IMG/VR virus record: IMGVR_UViG_3300036844_000041
Span: 1-54,200 of that record
Length of the DNA: 54,200 nt
Strand: one strand, 5' to 3'
DNA from: a virus
Lineage: Duplodnaviria > Caudoviricetes
Shown: positions 46,727-54,200 of the stretch, one piece after another
Layout: each line of letters begins with the position of its first letter
Position numbering within the stretch: position 1 is the first letter of the stretch
Program-made: the position numbers and the translations under genes
Notes under the pieces: model-generated
What the model saw: the letters and a program-made list of their open reading frames with translations, nothing else
Databases searched by the model: none
Told to the model about the DNA's origin: nothing

Positions 46727-47489
46727 TGACGATCTCCACACCATCGGGCGGCTCCTGCTGTCGCAGCGCCGCAGCCCGGCGGGTCTCCACGTAGTAGTCC
46801 TCCGACACCCACAGCTGCTTCAGGTGGGTGGTCTTGACGCCGGTGTGGACGTACAGCGGTATGCCGGCGGCGCCGAGCCGGGCACAGAAGGACATGTCCT
46901 CGCCGAGGATGCGCGGCTCGTCCGGCAGGCCGGCCCGGGTGAACCAGGTGTCCCCGGCGCCGGCGCGGAGTTTGTCGAGGATTCCGCGGTGGATGAGCAG
47001 GAACGCAGCCCCGGTCGCGGCGACCCGGGTGACGGTGTTCTGCGGGTACTCCCACCGGATCGTGAAGCCCCACCGGTTGGTGCCGGGTAGGTTCCCCCAG
47101 TCGTAGATCGTGGGGAACGGCTTGGTCAGGTAGCCGCCCTGGCCGTCCGTGACGACCTGCTGTAAGCCGAAGCACAGCGCGCCCACCACGGGCCGCTCGA
47201 CGGGATCGGCGGCCTCGAGGAGCCGGTCGACGGAGTCCTCCGTGAACCCCATGTCCGAGTCCACGAACAACAACCAGTCGGCCTTCGACTCGTCGAGCAG
47301 GTACGCACACGCCTTGTTGCGGACCTCCGGCAGGGTGTTCACGCCGGCCGGCAGGAGCGCCGGACCGCCCCCGCGGACCAGCCGGCCCTCGTGCATCGCG
47401 TCGTAGGCGACCATCCTCAGCATGGACTCGCTGTAGGACGTCGCCACGGTGTGGGCGTGCAGGGTGGCCGCGAAGACGGCGTCACCCAC
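46719..47489 (-). CDS. GT-A glycosyltransferase
   Basis: RN...L....DWLLFVDSDMGF ... ATGAAFLLIHR ... GEDMSFC.R...G.P.YVHTGV...H.K. Confidence 0.88.
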   Translation of the reverse strand: MGDAVFAATLHAHTVATSYSESMLRMVAYDAMHEGRLVRGGGPALLPAGVNTLPEVRNKACAYLLDESKADWLLFVDSDMGFTEDSVDRLLEAADPVERPVVGALCFGLQQVVTDGQGGYLTKPFPTIYDWGNLPGTNRWGFTIRWEYPQNTVTRVAATGAAFLLIHRGILDKLRAGAGDTWFTRAGLPDEPRILGEDMSFCARLGAAGIPLYVHTGVKTTHLKQLWVSEDYYVETRRAAALRQQEPPDGVEIVSG

Positions 47490-47718
47490 TGCTGTCGGCC
47501 TTCGGGGTGCGCTTGACCGCCGCTCGGCGTTCCCCGGGTGCCCGGGTGGCCCGCTCGACCGGGGGTTCGGAGCCGTGCACCTCGGGGTCGTGGTCGAACA
47601 GCCACGGCTTGGCGACGACGAGCGGGTCGGTGGCGGACCAGGCGTCGCCGCGGCGCACCCGCCGCACGCGGCCTTCCCAGTGCACCGCGGCGTTCTTCTT
47701 GACGTAGACGACATCCAT
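47482..47718 (-). CDS. Small head-associated protein
   Basis: DPLV...P.LF ... VERATRAPGERR motif directly after the capsid gene. Confidence 0.6.
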   Translation of the reverse strand: MDVVYVKKNAAVHWEGRVRRVRRGDAWSATDPLVVAKPWLFDHDPEVHGSEPPVERATRAPGERRAAVKRTPKADSSG

Positions 47719-47741
47719 GGGGGTGTCCTTCCCTAGATAGG

Positions 47742-47779
47742 ACGGAGGCCGGCAGGTCTAGGGCCTGCCGGCCTCCCGT
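47742..47779 (-). terminator. Hairpin after the capsid gene
   Basis: GGAGGCCGGCAGG / CCTGCCGGCCTCC inverted repeat. Confidence 0.65.
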
Positions 47780-47788
47780 ACGTGTCGA

Positions 47789-49504
47789 TCAGGTCTGGCT
47801 CAGGACCCGGAACGCCAGGTCGTTGATCGAGTCCGACCCGAGCCGTGCCCACGCCCACAGGCCACGCTGACCGGTCGGGACACCGGTGGTGGTGTCCACC
47901 ACGTGCTGCACGACCTCGACCGTCATCCCGACCCGCTGCGCGATCAGGAAGTTCGACCAGTCGCCGACGATGAGCAGCGACGCGTCCGACGTCGACGCGA
48001 CCATGGAGTCCATGTAGTCGTTGGCGTGGTACGGCTTGCCGAACAGTTGCGGGATCTCGCCGGCGAGCAGGTTGACGGTGAAGTTGGCGTCGTCGTTCTC
48101 GCCGAACTGGCGCACCTCGTTCTGGATCTCCGTCGAGGACATCCAGCGCGCGTTACGCCGCCACTTGATCGGCAGCGCCGCCCACAGCGCGTATACATCC
48201 TCCGGGTGGAACTCGCCGTCGGTGACCACCGCGACCTGCGCGTTGGTGTTCGCCTCGAGCGCGGTGACGATGCCGGTCGGTTGGGCTGTCGTCCCGAGTC
48301 CCGTGGTGAGCCCTTCGACGACCTTCTCGTTGTAGCCCGAGTTGAGGACCATGCTCATCTCGGACGCGAACGCGGGGTAGTCCCCGCCGATCTCCACGCT
48401 GTACGGGATCCAGCCGGTGAGCTTCTTCGTCGGCACGGTCGGCTGGGCCAGCACCGGCGCGCCGTCGGTGGACGTGACACCTTCCGTCGTCCAGTACCAG
48501 GTGGCACCCGCCGACGAGACACCCTTCCACTCGTCGTTGGTGATCTGCTCCACCCGCGAGATGGCGAAGAAATCGTTCGGGTGACCCTGACCGGTGATGA
48601 TGATCGTCGGGTCAATGAGGCAGTGTTGTTACTCCTCGGCGGCGCCGAGGGGGCCGGTCATTTCTGCCGGCCTCTTCACGTCTCCGTGAAGCTCAGACCA
48701 TATCTTTGCCTCGGTGAGGCAACCCGTGCATGGTCGTTGAACCTTCCCGTCGGGTTTCCCCAGGCGGGCTCGGCTGCTGATTGTCCCTACCGTCCGCTTC
48801 TCGAACCGTCGCGTCCAGGCTTTCGCCTCACGCTGTGGTGCGGACGTCTAGCGGGATGTCCCAGCAATTCTCGGGTTTTTCACTAGTCCGTCGCCGGACT
48901 AGGCGGCCCTGGTGTTGACCGGAACGCCGTACCCACCCGCCGCGTCCGTCAGGGACATGGCGGTCCGCAGTTCGTTGAACTGCCGCAGCGCCGCCGCTTC
49001 CTCGGACGACAGCAGTGCCGCGCCGCCGAGGATCTGCCGGAACGCGGTGTGGTAGTGCGGGTTCTCGCTGGCCAGCAGGAGCCGGGCCAGCTTCGTGCCG
49101 TCGAAGTTCTTCGACTCGGTGCGCAGTAGCCGGTCGACGTGGGCGCGCTGCTCGTCGGTCATGTGGTCGGTGTGCTCGCGGGACTCGAGCACCTTGCGGG
49201 CCTTGTCCCGGGCCTGGTGTCGGGGCAGCGCGCGTACGTCGGAGCCGTCGAACGGCTCGACCTTGCGCATCACCTCGGGTGCCACCGGGTCGACGTTCTC
49301 GGTGTGGCCGGGCCGGTCGGCCAGCGACCGCACCACGGCGCGGCGTTCGTCGTCTCGGGCGATCGCCGCTTCGACCTGGCCCCGTTCGGCGACGAGGGTG
49401 TCCCAGGTGGTCTGCTGCTCTTCGGTCAGGGCCGCGTCACCCGCGGCCTCGTGGATGCTGCGAAGCTCGGCCTCAATCTCGGCGAGCCGCACGCGTGGGT
49501 TCAC
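47789..49504 (-). CDS. Major capsid protein (HK97 fold), spliced: exon 1 49504-48918, exon 2 48620-47789, 472 aa
   Basis: GTG start after GGAG; coiled-coil delta domain; splicing gives ...AGGYGVPV|LIDPTIII...; C-terminal IVGDWSNFLIAQRVG ... GQRGLWAWARLG. Confidence 0.92.
48621..48917 (-). mobile_element. Group I self-splicing intron (297 nt, no ORF)
   Basis: P AATTGCTGGGA, Q AATCAGCAGCC, R GTTCAACGACCA, S AAGATATGGTC; P3 AACCCG/CGGGTT; P7 GACCA/TGGTC; GNRA-capped P2 and P9; exon ends in U with U.G in P1; terminal G. Confidence 0.95.
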
Positions 49505-50327
49505 AGTCTGCTCCCAGATGTGCAAGGGAAGGCACGGCAAGCAGTCGCGCTCGCGCGTGCGCGGACAGACCGGTCGAGTGGTGCACCACTGGGGTGTCCG
49601 GCGCGTCGGTCGGGCTGATCGCGGCGCCCGGTGCCGAGGTGCCCACAGGGGCGGCGTCGGCGTCGGGAGTGCGGAGGCCGTGCTGGGCACGGAAGTCTTC
49701 GAACCGCGCGGCGAGCGCGGCGTGGCGGTCGGGGCTGCGGGACCGGAGCCGATCGGCGTACCAGTCGGTCATGCACCGCAGTCCAGCGGTTGCGGCGGGG
49801 TTGGCTGGCCAGGTGACCGGCCCGAATTCGAGCAGCCGCACCTCGAGGATGGTGCGCTCGGGGATGCCCTGCGGGTTGTGCTCGGAAACGCCAGGCTCCT
49901 CGCTCCATTCGTCACGCAGGACCTGGAACATGAACGAGGACCCGTAGCCACCGGCCTCCAGGCCGGGAAGAAGGTCTCGGTTGTAGGAGGTGTCCAGCAA
50001 CGGAACCTCGGCGTGCGGTCCGTCGTCCCGCTCCTCGAGCACCTCGGGGACGCCGAGGATCTTCTCGCCGACGTGGAAGTCCATACCGTGGTTGAACAGC
50101 ACCTTGATCTGGGCCTGCCGCTCGGCGATGGTCTTCGCGAACGCACCACGCTGGGTCCGCTCGAGGAACTCGCCTTCCCAGAAGCTCGCGATGCGGTACC
50201 AGATGCCGAACGGGGAGAACCGCACGGCCATCGTCGGCATCCCCGGCTCCGGCCCATCGGCTGGAACGGCGCGCAGCGCGTCGACCGCAGGGACGCCGCG
50301 CACTACGGAGAGGTCACGCTTGGCCAC
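49473..50327 (-). CDS. HK97-family prohead maturation protease
   Basis: FLERT.RGAF.KTI ... VLFNHG ... LLDTSYNRDL ... GSSFMF.V ... EFGPVTWPA. Confidence 0.92.
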   Translation of the reverse strand: MAKRDLSVVRGVPAVDALRAVPADGPEPGMPTMAVRFSPFGIWYRIASFWEGEFLERTQRGAFAKTIAERQAQIKVLFNHGMDFHVGEKILGVPEVLEERDDGPHAEVPLLDTSYNRDLLPGLEAGGYGSSFMFQVLRDEWSEEPGVSEHNPQGIPERTILEVRLLEFGPVTWPANPAATAGLRCMTDWYADRLRSRSPDRHAALAARFEDFRAQHGLRTPDADAAPVGTSAPGAAISPTDAPDTPVVHHSTGLSAHARARLLAVPSLAHLGADCEPTRAARRD

Positions 50328-51663
50328 CGTCGCCTCCTGATTCCCGTGCGGGTGGATCCGCCGGACTGGACGCGCCGGCGGGCTGGAGTTGTACCGAGTA
50401 GAGGCCGGTGTGGGCGAGCTGTGTCAGATCTCCACTCGACACCGCGGCCACGATGGACTCGGGTGTGTAGCCAGCGCGGACCCCGGACTCAATGGCGAGC
50501 ATCTGCTCTTTGAGGATCGCGGCCTTGTCCTTCTCGTCCTCGCGGAGGAACGCGATGTCGCGGTCGTCGTACCACAGCCGTACCGAGCCGGGCGGTCTGC
50601 GAACCACGGTTTCGAGCGCGGCGCACGCCGAGCGCCACTGCGGGCGAGCCCAGTGGTCGCCGAACTTCCGCCGGGCTGACGCGTAGTTGGAGTACGTGGC
50701 GGCCTGAAGTCCCTCGGATAGTCCGACGATGATGGGTGGCACGCCGCCGGCCGCGCAGATCCGCGTCTCACCGGCGCCTTGGGTCGCTTTGAAGTCGAGT
50801 TGTTTGAGGTCCGCGCCGGCGACTGTGACGTCGGCGCCGCCGCCGAGGTACAGGGTCTTGTATGCCTGGTCGACGCCGGCGTGCGCCGCGTTCATGATCT
50901 CGATGAATTTCTTGAACTGGTCAGAGGTGACGTTCTCCTTGAGCGACACGACCAGGCCGGGTTTGGCGCCGTTGCGGAAGAACGCGGCCTTGTGGTCGGT
51001 CGCTGCCCCGTCTGCCTGGATCTCCCGCACCACGGGCGTGATCCATGACATGCCGCGGTACTGCTGCTCCGGGTCGGGGATCGGCGACCAGTGCGCGACC
51101 TCACCGGGCAGGTACAGCTTCCCTTCGGATTTCGACATGAGGCCGCCGGGCCGGTACAGGTAGCCGGCGACGTCGGACTCGACCGCCTCGTCCGGTGGGG
51201 CGGTCAGGACAATCGATACCCAGTCCGGTCGCAGCCGCCGCAGCCGTTGGCCTTCCCGGGCGACGAAGAAGTTCCCGGAGTTCGTGGCGTCCTGCTCCAT
51301 CCGGCCAAGGAGTTCGCCGGTGGTGCCGTTTGGCCATGGCCGTTCGAGCGGCGTCAGATCGGGATTCCCGAACAAGGTCCCGGGCCGGCCCTTGTCGAGC
51401 GGCTGCCACTGGAACCGCGCCTCACTGAAGAGAAGCTGCCGGGCGAGGGAGATGGCGAACACCACACCGTTGCGCTTGTAGGCGCCACGGACGTAGCCCT
51501 GGAAGGTGTGTTCGATCTCCTCGACCGTGGAACCCATCCCGGACAGCCCGACGATGGGGTAGGTGTGGCCGTTGAAGGTGAACCAGTTCGCAGCGTCCTT
51601 AGCCCATTCGTCGAGGGTGTACCGGCGTTCGCCACGCCCGATCAGGGTCCGCCACAGCTTCAC
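50314..51663 (-). CDS. Portal protein
   Basis: GNFF...LRPDWV ... GMSW ... FFRNGA.P ... GVPP...G ... TYSNY. Confidence 0.93.
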   Translation of the reverse strand: MKLWRTLIGRGERRYTLDEWAKDAANWFTFNGHTYPIVGLSGMGSTVEEIEHTFQGYVRGAYKRNGVVFAISLARQLLFSEARFQWQPLDKGRPGTLFGNPDLTPLERPWPNGTTGELLGRMEQDATNSGNFFVAREGQRLRRLRPDWVSIVLTAPPDEAVESDVAGYLYRPGGLMSKSEGKLYLPGEVAHWSPIPDPEQQYRGMSWITPVVREIQADGAATDHKAAFFRNGAKPGLVVSLKENVTSDQFKKFIEIMNAAHAGVDQAYKTLYLGGGADVTVAGADLKQLDFKATQGAGETRICAAGGVPPIIVGLSEGLQAATYSNYASARRKFGDHWARPQWRSACAALETVVRRPPGSVRLWYDDRDIAFLREDEKDKAAILKEQMLAIESGVRAGYTPESIVAAVSSGDLTQLAHTGLYSVQLQPAGASSPADPPARESGGDGGQA

Positions 51664-51817
51664 TTGCCCGCCCTTCGATATCGAAGACGAAGAGCACGAG
51701 CGCGGCCAGGCCGACGCCGGAGCAAATGAGCCCGGCGGGTCCGAGCCACCAGGTGAGGCCGGCGGTCACGAGAGCGATGGCCACAAGCAGGAGCCCGAGG
51801 GCTTCACGTTTCGTCAT
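51599..51817 (-). CDS. Small membrane protein between terL and portal
   Basis: Two hydrophobic helices; ATGA overlap with the terL stop. Confidence 0.55.
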   Translation of the reverse strand: MTKREALGLLLVAIALVTAGLTWWLGPAGLICSGVGLAALVLFVFDIEGRASEAVADPDRAWRTPVHPRRMG

Positions 51818-53400
51818 GCGTACATTGCCCACGGTTCCGAGGTACCTGCCGTCAACGCGCCCTCCTCGATTGCCTGACCGCGGGCGGCCTCGGCGAGGAT
51901 CCCGGCAACGAACGTGTCAATGTGACCCTTGTCGCGCTTGGGCACGATCCGCAGGTAGTGGTGTGACACCGACGGATCCTCTTCGGGCCGCGGCGCCCGT
52001 TTGCGGCCTTTGGCAAGCGCGGCCATCATGACGTGCCGGCGGAGGATGTCGTCGCCGTCGTGGGTCATGTCGCCCCTGAACACGGTCTGGAAACGCACGA
52101 TGGCGTCGTCCATGCGCTTCTCGACGTTGGTGGGGAATTCCACGACCCGGCCGGGCCAGCGTGCGGCCCACACGTCGAAGTACTCCTGCCACCGGTACGG
52201 GTCGCCGAAGAAGTACAGCACCTCGTATGCCTCGAACGCGTCGGTGAGGACCTGGTCGACCTCGGTCCGTGGGATCTTCCCGTCCTGGTAGTCGGCGGGG
52301 TTCCAGGTGCGCAGGTGGAACCAGCGGCCGTCTTCGAGTCTGGACGCCACGATCGAGGTGCAGTCCAGCGATCGGGAGCCGTCGAACCCGATGGCGATCT
52401 TCTGCTTCGGAGTCAGGTCCCGGTCCCGGACTTTCGCGTCCCAGCGGGTGGCGTCGACGGCGTCGGCGACACCGACGACGATCCGGTTGAAGAAGTACCG
52501 CAGCGCATCCGCCCACGTTGGACAGACGTTGGGGTCCCGAGCGTCGGTGAGGACCCGGTCCCGGTCCACCCACCACGAGTCCCCGTAGACGTGCTCGAGG
52601 CAGGCGAGACAGTCTTCATCGTCGTCCTGGCGGGGGAGCCGCGGCGCCGGCCGGTAGTCGACGACGACGTCCGGCATCTTCGCCTCGTGCGTGCGCTGGG
52701 CGACGGACTTCTGACTCGGATCGTAGGCGTTGGTGGTTTCCAGCCACCGCCCGGACATGCCGCCGATGTTCCGCTTCATCGTGGACGCGAGGAGCACGCC
52801 GCCGTTGCTCTCCACGAAGAGATGGGTCTCGTCGAAGATCGCGAACGTCAGCCGGGCACCCAGCCGGGCCTTCCCGCTCGACGTACGCGGCTCGATCTTC
52901 CCGCCGGACGGCAGGTTGATGTCCTCGACCCCGATGTCCACGCCGGGGATGTCGGCGACTGCACCGCGGCGGGCCATCTCGTAGACGCACAGCCAGGTGT
53001 TGTCAGTCTGCTCCTCCGACGTGGCCACAATCTGGATCCACGGCGTCGGGTGCGGCTCGCCCATGGGCTCGCCGTCTTCATCCCAGCCGGCGAACCGGAC
53101 CGGGCCGAACGCCTCGGCGAGGCAGATCGCCGCGGCGAACGGCCCCTTCCCCCACTTCTGCGGACGCATCAGCAGACCGCCGCGGTTGTGGAACGCCGCC
53201 GACGGCCGGTCCTTGATGTACCGGGCGTTGGGCTTGAGCCGATAGAAGCGGAACAGGAACATCCACATCTCGTCGGTGAGCACGAACGGCTCGCCCTGGT
53301 AGTTCCCGTCGGGGATGACGCAGTTCGCTTCGATCCATTCGCCGACCACGTACCCGAGGGTTGGGATCTCGCCCTCGAATTCCGGCCCGCGCCAGGGCAT
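51814..53400 (-). CDS. terL: Terminase large subunit
   Basis: Walker A RPQKWGKG, Walker B AIFDETH, nuclease GFDGSRSLD, C-terminal HID. Confidence 0.95.
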   Translation of the reverse strand: MPWRGPEFEGEIPTLGYVVGEWIEANCVIPDGNYQGEPFVLTDEMWMFLFRFYRLKPNARYIKDRPSAAFHNRGGLLMRPQKWGKGPFAAAICLAEAFGPVRFAGWDEDGEPMGEPHPTPWIQIVATSEEQTDNTWLCVYEMARRGAVADIPGVDIGVEDINLPSGGKIEPRTSSGKARLGARLTFAIFDETHLFVESNGGVLLASTMKRNIGGMSGRWLETTNAYDPSQKSVAQRTHEAKMPDVVVDYRPAPRLPRQDDDEDCLACLEHVYGDSWWVDRDRVLTDARDPNVCPTWADALRYFFNRIVVGVADAVDATRWDAKVRDRDLTPKQKIAIGFDGSRSLDCTSIVASRLEDGRWFHLRTWNPADYQDGKIPRTEVDQVLTDAFEAYEVLYFFGDPYRWQEYFDVWAARWPGRVVEFPTNVEKRMDDAIVRFQTVFRGDMTHDGDDILRRHVMMAALAKGRKRAPRPEEDPSVSHHYLRIVPKRDKGHIDTFVAGILAEAARGQAIEEGALTAGTSEPWAMYA

Positions 53401-53987
53401 TACTCGACCGCGCGGAGCCGGGGCCGCGCCTTGGCCGGCGCCGCCTTCGCGTCACGCGCCTCGGCCAGCTCGTCAGACACGATCTCCCACCGCAGCCGCA
53501 GCAGCGCCATCGGCGACAGGCCGAGCCGGTCCGACCATTGGCGGGCTTCCTTCGCTGCGTCGAGGTCGCCGAGCTCGGCGAGGGTCTTGTGCCGCACGTA
53601 CTGCGCGACGTCGCGCGTCCAGCCGAGCCGCTCCCACTGGACGGCTTGGGGAAGCGACCAGAGGTCTTTCCACAGGACGGCTTCGAGCTTGCGTTGCTCG
53701 GCGAGCTGCCGCTCGCAGATCGTCAGCGTCTCGAGGGCTGCGTCGAGCCGGCGCTCGAGCGGGCCGGTGGGCTGGCCGGCGGCTTCGGCCTCGTTGATGT
53801 CGTACCGGAGGCGCTCGACCTTGTCGTTGGCGAGGTCGCGACGCACGGTGAGGATGACGTCGGGGATGAGCGGCCAGTTCGGGGCGCGCTTCTTGCGGCC
53901 CTCCGCGGGCAGCTGCGTCATTGCGATGGTCGGGTTTGTGCGCCGGCGCTGCCCTGCGGGCTTCGGCGGCGGTCCCATGCCAGCCAT
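53400..53987 (-). CDS. terS: Terminase small subunit
   Basis: MAGMGPPPKP...RRRTN ... W..LW.LPQA..W ... GLSP..LLRLRWEI; upstream of terL. Confidence 0.88.
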   Translation of the reverse strand: MAGMGPPPKPAGQRRRTNPTIAMTQLPAEGRKKRAPNWPLIPDVILTVRRDLANDKVERLRYDINEAEAAGQPTGPLERRLDAALETLTICERQLAEQRKLEAVLWKDLWSLPQAVQWERLGWTRDVAQYVRHKTLAELGDLDAAKEARQWSDRLGLSPMALLRLRWEIVSDELAEARDAKAAPAKARPRLRAVE

Positions 53988-54079
53988 AGAGGTGCCTCCC
54001 GGATGTGCGGAAGGCCCGAGCCGGGAGACTCGGGCCTTCCTCTGCACCACGCCGATCAAACGTGGCTGTCCACGACGGA

Positions 54080-54111
54080 CGTCACACTCTGTTACGTAAC
54101 AGAGTGTGACG
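54080..54111. repeat. Perfect 32-bp palindrome near the genome end
   Basis: CGTCACACTCTGTTAC-GTAACAGAGTGTGACG. Confidence 0.85.
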
Positions 54112-54200
54112 GATAAAGATCAAGAAGACTCAGAGGGGTCTGAACCACAGCCCGAGCGCAAAACGGACAAACTCCAGACCCGTACACAGCGCGAGACCCC

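Larger units (their letters stand above)
1..54200 (-). mobile_element. Temperate actinobacteriophage genome (siphovirus-like, HK97-type head), apparently complete
   Basis: Full ordered module set on the minus strand: terS-terL-portal-protease-capsid-neck-tail-TMP-lysin-holin. Central integrase/repressor. HNH gene at one end and terS at the other, as expected for a genome opened at the packaging site. No host housekeeping genes. Confidence 0.93.

Noticed and set aside
47789-49690. Capsid as two separate genes or a pseudogene
   Set aside because: The intervening sequence is a well-formed group I intron whose removal restores one frame.
49473-49690. Protease-capsid fusion by frameshift in the overlapping open frames
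   Set aside because: No clear slippery site; a good SD + GTG at 49504 explains the capsid start.

Overview
The window looks like a complete ~54.2 kb high-GC temperate actinobacteriophage genome (siphovirus-like, HK97-type head), given in reverse orientation. It runs from the packaging HNH gene at the left end to the terminase small subunit at the right end. Layout: a leftward early/accessory arm (92-23444), a cro/repressor/tyrosine-integrase switch (23217-24929), a block of small self-promoted accessory operons (24991-31675), tRNA-fMet, then lysis, tail, head and packaging genes (31909-53987). Main observations: (1) A Ro60/Rsr (TROVE) gene is preceded by four tandem Y RNAs. They share a constant Ro-binding scaffold but carry different tRNA-derived modules: a complete circularly permuted tRNA-Pro(UGG), a degenerate permuted tRNA, a Tyr(GUA)-like anticodon+T-arm, and a minimal Ser(GCU)-like anticodon hairpin. 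An 11-bp direct repeat brackets the cassette. (2) A 297-nt ORF-less group I intron interrupts the major capsid gene, and removing it restores a 472-aa frame. (3) Four glycosyltransferases and a CmcI-like methyltransferase sit inside the head/neck operon. (4) The repressor/integrase pair has the hallmarks of integration-dependent immunity, with a candidate attP inside the repressor gene. All family calls come from motif recognition by eye; no database searches were run.
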